A DNA stretch of 13,915 bases, from the NCBI GenBank assembly GCA_019056785.1, contig DXJV01000043.1, forward strand, positions 1 to 13,915, in the 5' to 3' direction. Position 1 is the first letter of the stretch; the number at the start of each line of letters is the position of its first letter. A program made the position numbers and the translations under genes. The notes under the pieces are model-generated. The model was not told the origin of the DNA, ran no database searches, and worked only from the letters and a program-made list of their open reading frames with translations. Origin of the DNA: Candidatus Heimdallarchaeota archaeon. Lineage in GTDB: Archaea > Asgardarchaeota > Heimdallarchaeia > JABLTI01. Below are positions 1 to 8,761 of the stretch, piece by piece.

Positions 1-1
1 A

Positions 2-427
2 TCTAGTAACAACAGGGACCGCCGGTTTTCCTGGTTGAGTAAAGTGCTTTGCTCCTGGAATGTTTACATAGTCAAATACTTTTCCGGTGGCATTCACTGT
101 GATACGGTACATGCCGTAAAAATCTGTATCAACACAGAATCCCATTGTATCTCTCGATTTTGCCATAGTTTTTAGTCTCTCGCCAACAGCACTTTGTTTA
201 AAAGAAACCCATACCCCACCATTTGCAATAGGAGTTTCTGTTGGCTTGAAATCTGAGGACTTCCCTAAAAAATCCTCTTTTAATTTTACTTTTAGTAAGT
301 AATCTAGACTTGGTTTATTTTCGACTCTAGGATTACTAGTTACTAAAAGTATGGAAGGAAAAAAACAAGAAAAGATTAAGGTTAATTTGATAGCATGCAT
401 AATCTTGTTTTTATTAACAAGAAACAT
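2..427 (-). CDS. Secreted C25 (gingipain-like) cysteine peptidase precursor, N-terminal part (signal peptide + propeptide); runs off the window start
   Basis: Hand translation, not in ORF track: ATG at 427 preceded by AGGTG, open for 142 codons to the edge: MFLVNKNKIMHAIKLTLIFSCFFPSILLVTS...GKVFDYVNIPGAKHFTQPGKPAVPVVTR. Hydrophobic N-terminus. The F-x-x-V-x-I-P-G...P-G-x-P-x-(L/V)-P-V motif resembles the C25 propeptide. Catalytic domain is outside the window. Confidence 0.65.
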   Translation of the reverse strand, partial: MFLVNKNKIMHAIKLTLIFSCFFPSILLVTSNPRVENKPSLDYLLKVKLKEDFLGKSSDFKPTETPIANGGVWVSFKQSAVGERLKTMAKSRDTMGFCVDTDFYGMYRITVNATGKVFDYVNIPGAKHFTQPGKPAVPVVTR

Positions 428-566
428 AAAAAAAACACCTTTGCAAAAAACTATGTTTAATGTTTGATTTATTTTTTTTGTTCAGAAAATCACAAGTAAA
501 CTATTCTTAATTTACTTTTTTTATTGTGCTTGTTCTTTTTTTGTATAAAGAAGAAAAGAGAATAGG

Positions 567-3233
567 TTATTTTCTCTTTTTTCTCAATGATAGAAATAAC
601 AAAACTATTACAAAAGATGGAAGCATGAATCCTATTGGTGTTTTGCCTGTTGACTGGGGCGGTGTTGTTGGGGGTGGTGATGGCGTATATACAGTGAAAG
701 AATAATAAAGATTATTATTATTATTCGTGGCAATATTTTGATTTGGGGAGGCATCAAAAGCGCATACATAATATTCGATGAAGCTATTATTGCTGAATGT
801 TCCGATTGTTGCTGAATAAGTGTTGTTTGTGCTTAAAAACATGATGAGACTAACCCAAGATCCGCCATTTTTTCTGTAAAAGAGTGTTACGTTATTAATG
901 CCATTCTCGTCAATGGCAATACAGCTTATAGTGATGCTTTGTGTGGAGTTTGGAGTATCAGGAGTATGTGTTACTGAATGAATTGTCGGAGCAGATATAT
1001 CACTTGAGCTGATGATAAAGTTGTAATAAGTTCCACTATTGTTATTTACTGCAAAATTATGATTGGGCGAGCTGTCAAATGTTACAAAGTAATAGTCAAT
1101 AAAGTCATTATAAGCGAATATTCCTATTTCAATTTCATATGTGAACCCTGTCATGTGTGTCATGCTTAAATTGTTCCAAGAATTCTTATTAACCCTATAA
1201 ATTAGAAAGACAGCTTGAACACCATTTTCATCTGTGACGTTACAATAGATGGTTATACTTTCATTGTCAGTTGGGTTTATCGGCTCGTTGGAAATTGCAG
1301 TAATATCCGGTCCAATAATATCACTTGAAACAACAGTGAATTGATAATTTAATCCTTCATTATTGTTTATTCCTTTATTATGATCGATAGCGCTATCTAA
1401 TGCTACAAAGTAATAGGCAATTGAAGTATTATAAGCAAATGGCCCCAAACTCGCTTGAAATGTTTTGCCGGCGATTAAAGCCATGGTAATATTATTCCAG
1501 CTGCCATTGTCGATTTTGTAAAATAAACTTACAGAAGTTATCCCATTGAGGTCCTCAACATCACAATTGAAGACTATTATTTCGACATCAGTAGGTATTG
1601 TAGGAATTTGGTTAATGTTGGTTATGGTAGGAGCAATTGTATCGACAGTGAAATTCCAAATTATACTCCAGTTGCCCCAATTGCCAACGGCATCTCTCGA
1701 ACGAACATGCCAATAATAAATGCCATCTGGTAAGTTCGAAACAAAATTGTACACCGAGTTAATCAACGTAAGATTGATTATCGTACTTGAGAAGTCTATG
1801 GTATTATCTACTTGCAATTGGTAGAGTACTGAACTAGAGTCCCATACCCAGCATAAACGTGGCGTAGGATCGTTCATAATTGAATTATTGTTAGGTGATA
1901 TGAGCATTAATGTTGGTGGTGGTGTGGTATCTATTTGGAAGCTCCATGTTTCGCTCCAATCCCCCCAATTGCCAACGTTATCTTTTGCTTGTACATGCCA
2001 ATAATAGTTCCCGTCAGATAGAGAAACACAAGTGTAGCTATTACTGGAAATTAACTCACTAATAAACGGTGAGGTCATATCAGCATGATTTGAGACCTCT
2101 AATTTATAGAGTGTCGCTGTGGGTGTAGGCAACCAATGCAAGTATGGTGTTGGATCATTTGTCGTGGTTCCATTAGGTGGGGAGTTTAGTGATGGAGCAT
2201 TTGGGGGTGTCGTATTGACAATAAAATTCCGTGCTGAACTCCAGCGCCCCCAATTACCGGCTGCATCTTTTGCCCTGACTCGCCAATAATAGCAGCCATC
2301 ATCTACTAGATGAACAGTAGCTATAGAGGCTGTAGTGTAATGGCTTATAACAGGAGAGCTAAAATCACTATTGTCATCTACTTGCAGATGATATTGTGAT
2401 ATATGTTCAAACATAATCCAATCTAGTGACACATCCTTACTACTAATCTCGAAGCCACTGGGAGGTAAATATAAGCTCGGTGCTGGTGGTGGGACAGTAT
2501 CAATTGTGAAATACCAGACTGTACTCCAACCTCCCCAATTGCCGGCTGCATCTCTTGCCCTGACATGCCAATAATATTTATTATCAACAAAATTATGGCC
2601 GGTATAATAACTATTTGAGGTTTGTACATTTAACTCTGGGGAAGTAAAATCAGCATTATTATCCACTACCAATTGATATCGTGTTGCTGTTGGAACTGTA
2701 TTCCAATCAAAAAAGGGCGAGGGATCATTTGTAAGTCCGTTATTTGTTGGCTGGATTTTCGTCGGAATGCCTGGAGGAACTGTATCAACAGTAAAATGCC
2801 AAACTAAACTCCAGTCACCCCAGACTCCAAGAAAATTGTAAGCACGCACTCGCCAAAAATAAAATCCATCAACTAAGTGATTACTAACAATATCTGTATC
2901 TGAACCAGTAAAGCTGCTTGTTAATACATTAAATTCAGGGCTAGAAAAATCGTTATTATTATCCATTTGAATTCTCCAATGATCTGCGCCTGAAACCGGA
3001 TTCCAATGAAGTAATGGTGTGTCATCATTTATTATCGCCCCATTCGAAGGGCTATTAAGTGATGGAGCATCAATCATCGGTTTAAATATAAAATAGTCCA
3101 TTCTTGGTTGGGGTAATGCTTGAGGATTATTATATGCTATTTGTTCATTCATTAAAGCCATTACATTAGAGAACAACATAAAAGAACAAATTGCAATAAT
3201 TATAAATTTTAAAGGGACAACTTTTTTGTGCAA
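567..3233 (-). CDS. Large cell-surface protein: signal peptide, 5 Fn3-like repeats, 3 Ig-like repeats, Pro/Thr linker, C-terminal TM anchor with basic tail
   Basis: 901-aa ORF (567..3272). TTG at 3233 preferred as start because GGAGA lies 7 nt upstream and it gives MHKKVVPLKFIIIAICSFMLFSNVMA, a typical signal peptide. Ends PSPPPTTPPQSTGKTPIGFMLPSFVIVLLFLSLRKKRK. No catalytic domain recognised. Confidence 0.85.
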   Translation of the reverse strand: MHKKVVPLKFIIIAICSFMLFSNVMALMNEQIAYNNPQALPQPRMDYFIFKPMIDAPSLNSPSNGAIINDDTPLLHWNPVSGADHWRIQMDNNNDFSSPEFNVLTSSFTGSDTDIVSNHLVDGFYFWRVRAYNFLGVWGDWSLVWHFTVDTVPPGIPTKIQPTNNGLTNDPSPFFDWNTVPTATRYQLVVDNNADFTSPELNVQTSNSYYTGHNFVDNKYYWHVRARDAAGNWGGWSTVWYFTIDTVPPPAPSLYLPPSGFEISSKDVSLDWIMFEHISQYHLQVDDNSDFSSPVISHYTTASIATVHLVDDGCYYWRVRAKDAAGNWGRWSSARNFIVNTTPPNAPSLNSPPNGTTTNDPTPYLHWLPTPTATLYKLEVSNHADMTSPFISELISSNSYTCVSLSDGNYYWHVQAKDNVGNWGDWSETWSFQIDTTPPPTLMLISPNNNSIMNDPTPRLCWVWDSSSVLYQLQVDNTIDFSSTIINLTLINSVYNFVSNLPDGIYYWHVRSRDAVGNWGNWSIIWNFTVDTIAPTITNINQIPTIPTDVEIIVFNCDVEDLNGITSVSLFYKIDNGSWNNITMALIAGKTFQASLGPFAYNTSIAYYFVALDSAIDHNKGINNNEGLNYQFTVVSSDIIGPDITAISNEPINPTDNESITIYCNVTDENGVQAVFLIYRVNKNSWNNLSMTHMTGFTYEIEIGIFAYNDFIDYYFVTFDSSPNHNFAVNNNSGTYYNFIISSSDISAPTIHSVTHTPDTPNSTQSITISCIAIDENGINNVTLFYRKNGGSWVSLIMFLSTNNTYSATIGTFSNNSFIEYYVCAFDASPNQNIATNNNNNLYYSFTVYTPSPPPTTPPQSTGKTPIGFMLPSFVIVLLFLSLRKKRK
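684..1628 (-). repeat. Three tandem ~105-aa Ig-like coding repeats
   Basis: Recurrent consensus I...P..P......I.C...DxNG(I/V)..V.L.Y......W....M......(Y/F)...(I/L)G.F..N..I.YY....D....N...NNN....Y.F. Confidence 0.85.
1629..3068 (-). repeat. Five tandem ~95-aa Fn3-like coding repeats
   Basis: Recurrent consensus P-x-L-x-x-P...D-x-T-P-x-x-x-W...Y-x-L-x-V-D...DF(S/T)SP...DGxYYW(R/H)VRAxDxxGNWGxWS..W.F.(V/I)DT.PP at about 285-nt spacing. Confidence 0.9.
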
Positions 3234-3277
3234 AATTCTTTCTCCATAAAATACTTTTTTCCCAATTATCAAATTTA

Positions 3278-3290
3278 CTTTTATAATAAA
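3278..3290 (-). promoter_or_regulatory. Putative TATA box for the surface protein gene
   Basis: Minus strand reads CTTTATTATAAAA about 45 nt upstream of the preferred start at 3233. The region is very AT-rich, so placement is uncertain. Confidence 0.35.
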
Positions 3291-3485
3291 GAATTAACTA
3301 TAAAAACATTCTTAAAAAAAATCAAATGTTTATTTTTTTAAAAAAAAACAATTCAAAAATTTTTGCCTAATAATTTACATTTGCAATCGAATTTCTTGAA
3401 AAGCGTCTTAAAAAGAGCTTGAAAAAATGTCAAGAACCCATCCCAGATGCGCATAAACTTGGCTTTTTCTTTTACTGTTAAATGA

Positions 3486-3505
3486 GAAAAAATCTTTTAA
3501 AGATT
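3486..3505 (+). promoter_or_regulatory. Putative BRE/TATA promoter of degV, overlapped by a 15-bp inverted repeat
   Basis: GAAAAAATCTTTTAAAGATT: purine-rich BRE then TTTTAAA. AATCTTT-T-AAAGATT (3491-3505) is a perfect 7-bp inverted repeat around one base. Confidence 0.45.
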
Positions 3506-3569
3506 GAAAAATCAAAATAAAAAGAAATCATTGTCGAAGAGCAACTTGCTCACAGGAGATAGAAAAACA

Positions 3570-4454
3570 TTGCCTAAAATAAAAGTGATTACTGATTCTA
3601 CAAGTGACATTCCGGAAGAACTTGTGAAAAAATATGATATTGATGTTGTTCCTCTAAACATTTTCTTTGGAGAAGAGCGATATAAAGATGGGATAAATAT
3701 CACAGCCAAAGAAGTTTATGAACGATTAAAAACCCAGAAGAATCCCTGGCCAAAGACTTCCCAACCATCTGCACGAGAATTTCTGGAATATTACAATCGT
3801 ACCTTTGATCAAGGTTATGAAACAGTCTTTTCAATTCATATCAGCTCCAACCTTAGTGGCACTTTAAATTCTGTTAATTTGGCTAAACAGATGCTCCCTG
3901 ATAAGGACATTATTGCTATTGATAGTATCTCAGTCACTCACCCACTTGGATTACTAGCTTGTGAAGTTGCCAAACTCGTCAAAGAAGACAAGAGCCGTGA
4001 TGAGATTCTAAACATCATTGAAAACCGCTTCAGAAATAATAACCATATTTGTGGTATAGTTGATACCTTGGAGTACTTGCATCGAGGCGGGAGAATTGGT
4101 CGAGCAAAAAAATTGCTTGGGAACTTATTAAATATGAAACCGGTCTTGGAAGTTGCTGATGGCTTAGTCACCAGCTTCGGAAAAACGAAAGGGTTTGAAG
4201 AAGGTTTTAACAATATGGTTCGCATGGCTTCCAAGATCTTCGAGAAATGTTTTACCGAGGAAATTTGGCTTGGTTTTGCCGGTGATAACAAATACACTCA
4301 AAAATATTATAAAGCTATTAAAGAACTACCCAATGCACCAAAGGAGATCCGTGTTGTTGAAATTGGTCCTACTGTTGGTGTTCACCTTGGTCCAGGTGTA
4401 ATGACAATTTCTTGGATAGGCGACTGGAACAACAAATGGTTTTTTGAGAAATAA
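3570..4454 (+). CDS. degV: DegV family (FakB-like) fatty-acid-binding protein
   Basis: Family motifs ITDSTSDI, KTSQPS, ISSNLSGT, LEYLHRGGRIG, LNMKPVL, GVHLGPG. TTG at 3570 (MPKIKVITDS) preferred over 3504: AGGAG at 3554-3558, it matches the usual DegV N-terminus, and 3504 abuts the TATA box. Confidence 0.95.
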   Translation: MPKIKVITDSTSDIPEELVKKYDIDVVPLNIFFGEERYKDGINITAKEVYERLKTQKNPWPKTSQPSAREFLEYYNRTFDQGYETVFSIHISSNLSGTLNSVNLAKQMLPDKDIIAIDSISVTHPLGLLACEVAKLVKEDKSRDEILNIIENRFRNNNHICGIVDTLEYLHRGGRIGRAKKLLGNLLNMKPVLEVADGLVTSFGKTKGFEEGFNNMVRMASKIFEKCFTEEIWLGFAGDNKYTQKYYKAIKELPNAPKEIRVVEIGPTVGVHLGPGVMTISWIGDWNNKWFFEK

Positions 4455-4482
4455 CTTTTTTTCTCTTTCTTTAATCTTATTT
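4455..4482 (+). terminator. Oligo-T archaeal-type terminator region between convergent degV and TPR genes
   Basis: T/C-rich tract directly after the degV stop codon. Confidence 0.5.
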
Positions 4483-6690
4483 TTACTTGATATTCCCGAG
4501 AAAAGTTTGTTCCGCTATTTGACCAATTCCTTCTTTATCCACAGAATTGATCTGTTCCCCATGGTTTTTTGTTAAAACGTTCCACAAGCTTTCTGTGTTT
4601 TTAAGCCGTTGAATTAATTGGTTTAATTTCTGGACTGCTATAAATGATTGCCCTTTATATACATAACAAAAGAGGAGTGGATTTTCAATCTTCAAGAGCA
4701 AAGTGTATTCCTGGTGTTGTATTTTTTCGATTGACCCTCTAGTTGCAAATGTTTGGTGCATAAAAGCATCGATCGCAGTTAAGAACCCTCCAACAAACAT
4801 TTCGTCTATCATTTCTTTGGAGGAGAATTTTTTCGAAAAAACTGTTACTCCGCCTTCATAAACTATTATAAGTAACACCGGTTCTTCTTTCTGAATTTTT
4901 TCAATTTTAATTGTTTGTTTGTCGATCATTTTTACGATTTCTGATTCGAAGTCTTTTTCTGTTTGGTTAAGTGCATGGTCATTTTCCAATGTTGTTGATA
5001 ATGGTTGTTCCGGCAGATTGTTTTTAAGAACTGTAATTGCTCGAGTAAATTTCAATCCAAGTCGTTGTAATCCTGTTTCTTCTGAAAGGTTTTCTCCTTC
5101 TTCAAATAACAATTGGGCTTCTTTTACATTATATTGTAATAAAGCAGCATTTGCTTTTAACCATATATTCTCTACGATTTCCAATTTGGAGTCGATTTCT
5201 TGTGCTCTTTGGAAGTGTTTCGCAATTAATCGATTGATTTCCGGGAACAATTGCTCATTTCTTGCGCTTTGACTTTCTTTTAGCAGGACTTCTACGAGGT
5301 TAAAATAGGCTATTGATTTGAGATGATAATCGACTATTTCACTTTTAACTATTTCAGTCAAAATTTTTCTCGCTTTTGCTAATATCTCTTTATTATTACT
5401 TTTTTTCAGAATTAATGCTGATGCTAATTGGCTTTGGAGAAGAGTTATCTGATTACTTTTTCTATCGATATTTTTTTGGAGTGAATCTAAGTAACTTTTC
5501 GCTTCAGCGATACGGTTTTCTTCTAACGCAAGAATAATTAACCTGAAGAGTGTTTCATTATAATCTTTGTAATCTTTTTGTGCGTCAAGTTCTGTAAAAC
5601 TTTTCATTAACAAGTCTCTACTTGTCTTAAAGTCTCCTTTATGATATGCAAGAATCCCTTTTAAGCGATAGACAACAAATTGCCCCATTTTGTAGTTAGA
5701 ATGATTGAAAATCGTTTCAGCTTTTTCTAGAGTGTTCATTGCTTCAGCTATTTGTCCCTTAATAATTAAGATATTCGTGAGAAGGCACATGGTTAGAGCA
5801 TAGTCAAGAGTAAGGTTCTTTTCTTGAGTCAAACTGAGAGAGCGGTTTAGGAATGAAAATGCTCTGTCGAATTCTCCCAAGCGTAAGTAAATAGTGCTCA
5901 AACTATGTAATGCTTTGACAATTACCTCTTCGTTTGGAATTTCTTCAGCAATAGCTAAACTTTGCAAACAATTCTCAAGAGCCGGTCCATAGTCCCCTTT
6001 CCAGAGATAAATCTTCCCTATTTCATTATAAATATAGGCAATATTAACTTCATCATTTAATTCTTGAAACATTTCAAGGCTTTGTTTGAAAATGATCAAT
6101 GCTCGAACAATATCCCCTAGCCGTAGATACAGCTCAGCAATTTTTGTGTTAGATTCTGCTAATCCGGGTAAATCATTAATTTCTCTTCGAAGCGATTGGC
6201 TTTGTAAATAATTTTCAAGTGAGCTTTTCAATTCTTCTTCTTGTTCAAAGACAAATCCTTTTTCAAAAAGTATCGCTGCTTTTCGGAAATACAGGTCATT
6301 TTTCGGGACATTTAATCCCTTTGCGATGATTTTCTCAGCCATTTTTAAATAGGCCAGCCCTTTTCCCAATTCTCCAAGGCGATTTAAGGCTTTTGCTTTA
6401 TAAAAAAGAGCATCTAATAAGCTCAAGGAATCGCTTATACTTTGAGTGTTATTTAACAATTCCTCTGTAAGTTTTAACATTTCTTGGAATTTTTCTTCAT
6501 GTTCAAAAATTTTGAGTTTTAATAATTTGAGTTCAATTTGTTTTCCTAGTGAGAGTGAAGAATGTTCTCTTTCGAATACCTCAACTTCAGCTAAAGCCTT
6601 TTTAAAATCACCTTTCTTTACTAGCTCATTAATGATTGTTAATTTATCTGGCTTTTGCTCTGGAAACATTCTATAACTCATCACTTTCAA
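4483..6690 (-). CDS. Tetratricopeptide-repeat protein with C-terminal longin-like alpha/beta domain (Asgard-type)
   Basis: 735-aa ORF with ~40-aa helical repeats (e.g. IAYIYNEIGKIYLWKGDYGPALENCLQSLAIAEE), then EEPVLLIIVYEGGVTVFSKKF...FVGGFLTAIDAFM...IEKIQHQEYTLLL...LFCYVYKG. True start may be the ATG at 6681 or 6669. Confidence 0.85.
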   Translation of the reverse strand: MKVMSYRMFPEQKPDKLTIINELVKKGDFKKALAEVEVFEREHSSLSLGKQIELKLLKLKIFEHEEKFQEMLKLTEELLNNTQSISDSLSLLDALFYKAKALNRLGELGKGLAYLKMAEKIIAKGLNVPKNDLYFRKAAILFEKGFVFEQEEELKSSLENYLQSQSLRREINDLPGLAESNTKIAELYLRLGDIVRALIIFKQSLEMFQELNDEVNIAYIYNEIGKIYLWKGDYGPALENCLQSLAIAEEIPNEEVIVKALHSLSTIYLRLGEFDRAFSFLNRSLSLTQEKNLTLDYALTMCLLTNILIIKGQIAEAMNTLEKAETIFNHSNYKMGQFVVYRLKGILAYHKGDFKTSRDLLMKSFTELDAQKDYKDYNETLFRLIILALEENRIAEAKSYLDSLQKNIDRKSNQITLLQSQLASALILKKSNNKEILAKARKILTEIVKSEIVDYHLKSIAYFNLVEVLLKESQSARNEQLFPEINRLIAKHFQRAQEIDSKLEIVENIWLKANAALLQYNVKEAQLLFEEGENLSEETGLQRLGLKFTRAITVLKNNLPEQPLSTTLENDHALNQTEKDFESEIVKMIDKQTIKIEKIQKEEPVLLIIVYEGGVTVFSKKFSSKEMIDEMFVGGFLTAIDAFMHQTFATRGSIEKIQHQEYTLLLKIENPLLFCYVYKGQSFIAVQKLNQLIQRLKNTESLWNVLTKNHGEQINSVDKEGIGQIAEQTFLGNIK

Positions 6691-6774
6691 ATTGATTTAC
6701 AATTGATTGCTAAAACTACTTTACTCGGATTGTCTGAGTTAATACTTGCTTAATCCTAAATATATTTGTTGTTT

Positions 6775-6815
6775 TTTAAGGAAAAGAAAAATAGAAAAAG
6801 AAAAGAGAAAGATTT
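6775..6815 (-). terminator. Oligo-T terminator downstream of the S9 peptidase
   Basis: Minus strand reads TCTTTCTCTTTTCTTTTTCTATTTTTCTTTTCC shortly after the stop at 6831. Confidence 0.5.
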
Positions 6816-6830
6816 TCTCGGCTTTTTTGT

Positions 6831-8669
6831 TTAGAGTACTCGTTTGAAGAAATCTGTCATTGTTCTTATTGTCTTTTTCCGGGTTTCTATGTCGCCGAAG
6901 CCACCATGCCCTGTTTGTTGATATTCTACATATTCGAAATCTTTGCCTTCTTTTTTACCTAATTCCAATAATTTCTCTTTAAAGATTCTCGCTTGTGAGA
7001 TTGGGCAGCGCGGGTCATTGACACCATGCATTATCAATAATTTTGCTTTCATTTTATCGGCGAAATTTACTGCGCTGCGGTCGTACCACAAGTCTTTGTC
7101 ATCAACCGGATTTCCCATTTGTCGATTCAAAAAATACTTGAAATGTGGCATTGATTCTTCGTACATTTTGAACAGCTCTGTTATGCCGATCCAGGCAAAC
7201 CCTGCTTTCCAGTATTCTGGCGCTTTTGTAACTGCGATATATGTCATAAAGCCGCCGTAACTTCCACCGCCAACAGCAATTCGTTTTTTATCTACAAAGG
7301 GTAAACTTTGCAAATATTTTGCTGCGTGGACAACATCTTCAAGGTCTTTTCCACCCCAATCTTTGATACATGCATCACGAAATTCGACGCCATAGCCTGT
7401 TGACCCACGAATATTAGGCAAGATTACTACGAAGCCTTCAGACGCAACATATTGCATAAAAGCACTAAACATAAGGAAATATTGTGCCGTTGGACCACCA
7501 TGCACATTAACTATTGCTGGTAATTTCACTCCTTCTGGAATATCTTTTGGTACATATAGTATAGCCGGGATTTCGACACCATCAGTTGATTTGTAACGAA
7601 TGTATTGTGGCTTTATGAAATCTTTTTTATTTATTGAGCCATATTCAGCCTCTAGAAGCACTTCGTAACTGTCAGAGTTAAGATCATAAATCCATACTTC
7701 TGGTCGTGTAAGAGAGCTTGTGTAAAAGAATAGAATTTTGTCATTTGCCAACCATTGGATGTTAAAGGCAAGTCCTTCTGGGATTTGTAGTTCGCGTTTT
7801 TCACCTGTTTCTACATTATAAATTAACGGCTGGATTTTTGCTTCCTTGTTTCGCAAGACAGCCAAATATTTGCCGTCAGGAGAGAATTCGCCTGCATATT
7901 CCTCCGCTGTGCCATCACTAAACCAGCGTATTTCTTTTGTTTCCAAATAATAAATGCCTGCTTGATTTAGCCCGGAAGCATCAGATGTTAATGAAAAACT
8001 TTTACTGTCGGGTGCCCAGTTGCCAAAATTGTCATGCGAGCCTTTTTCGGTTATTCGAACCACTCGCTGCATGTCTCCGGTTTTATTGTCATATAAATAA
8101 ATGTCATTGTTCTCCAAATTGGTTTTCATTTCATTTGTGCCCATAGCAAGATACCGGTCATCTGGGCTCCATTGCCCACCCCTAACCGGCACATCTGAAG
8201 CCGTTAGCTGTGTGACTTCCGAGCCATCCAACTTCATTTTATGGACATTCATTTGTCCGGAACGTGTGCTTAAAAATGTCAGCCATTGATTATCGTGGCT
8301 TACTTCAACAACATGCTCCTGGAATTTAGGAGTTTCTGTCAAAGCTTTCGCATTTCCCTCGAGGTCAATGACCCAGATATCGTTCTGTTCATTTCCTCCA
8401 ACATCTTTTCCAAAGAATATCTGTTCGGTTTTTCGATCCCATGCATACCCTGTTCTGGGTGCTCGTGGTAATTGCCCGTCAGATATTTTGACGATCTCTC
8501 GACTGGCAATATCGATAGTATATAGCTCTATTCTCCCCGTCTTATCCCAGTAAAAAGCTAACTTCTTCTTATCATACGATAAGTTTGGTAATGAATAAGT
8601 GGGAAGACTTAGCAATTCATCAAAAGGTAAAGGTTTTGGGATATATTTTTTCATAAACATACAAAGCAT
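6831..8669 (-). CDS. S9 family peptidase (dipeptidyl aminopeptidase/acylaminoacyl peptidase type), cytoplasmic
   Basis: N-terminal beta-propeller repeats (WSPD, WAPD, FSPDG), VHGGP, NIRGSTGYG, nucleophile GGSYGG, acid HGVNDPRC, His in TGHGG. No signal peptide. Start may be a slightly downstream ATG (MKKY). Confidence 0.95.
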   Translation of the reverse strand: MLCMFMKKYIPKPLPFDELLSLPTYSLPNLSYDKKKLAFYWDKTGRIELYTIDIASREIVKISDGQLPRAPRTGYAWDRKTEQIFFGKDVGGNEQNDIWVIDLEGNAKALTETPKFQEHVVEVSHDNQWLTFLSTRSGQMNVHKMKLDGSEVTQLTASDVPVRGGQWSPDDRYLAMGTNEMKTNLENNDIYLYDNKTGDMQRVVRITEKGSHDNFGNWAPDSKSFSLTSDASGLNQAGIYYLETKEIRWFSDGTAEEYAGEFSPDGKYLAVLRNKEAKIQPLIYNVETGEKRELQIPEGLAFNIQWLANDKILFFYTSSLTRPEVWIYDLNSDSYEVLLEAEYGSINKKDFIKPQYIRYKSTDGVEIPAILYVPKDIPEGVKLPAIVNVHGGPTAQYFLMFSAFMQYVASEGFVVILPNIRGSTGYGVEFRDACIKDWGGKDLEDVVHAAKYLQSLPFVDKKRIAVGGGSYGGFMTYIAVTKAPEYWKAGFAWIGITELFKMYEESMPHFKYFLNRQMGNPVDDKDLWYDRSAVNFADKMKAKLLIMHGVNDPRCPISQARIFKEKLLELGKKEGKDFEYVEYQQTGHGGFGDIETRKKTIRTMTDFFKRVL

Positions 8670-8761
8670 TCAATAATAATTAAATGTTCTGTGCTATTTG
8701 AATACTCCTATCCTTCGTTTTTTCCTCTTTCTGGAAAGGTCATTGTTTTCATCATAAATTT

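Noticed and set aside
428-566. A/T homopolymer tracts in intergenic DNA (also 3300-3365 and 11554-11650) as phase-variation sites or ncRNA
   Set aside because: Explained by AT-rich archaeal promoter and terminator composition; no stable structure or tRNA-like fold seen.
2423-2629. 68-aa alternate-frame ORF inside the surface protein gene
   Set aside because: Nested in a well-supported CDS; no motif or SD.
1629-3068. Regularly spaced repeats as CRISPR array or DGR template/variable repeat
   Set aside because: Spacing of ~285 nt equals the protein domain period and is in frame. No reverse transcriptase or cas gene in the window, and mismatches are not confined to adenines.
3504-3569. N-terminal extension of DegV given by the ORF track
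   Set aside because: TTG 3504 abuts the putative TATA box. SD and family N-terminus favour TTG 3570.
3512-8553. Short antisense or alternate-frame ORFs overlapping degV, TPR and S9 genes
   Set aside because: Shadow ORFs of long coding frames (Ser/Phe/Leu-rich antisense composition); no family motifs.
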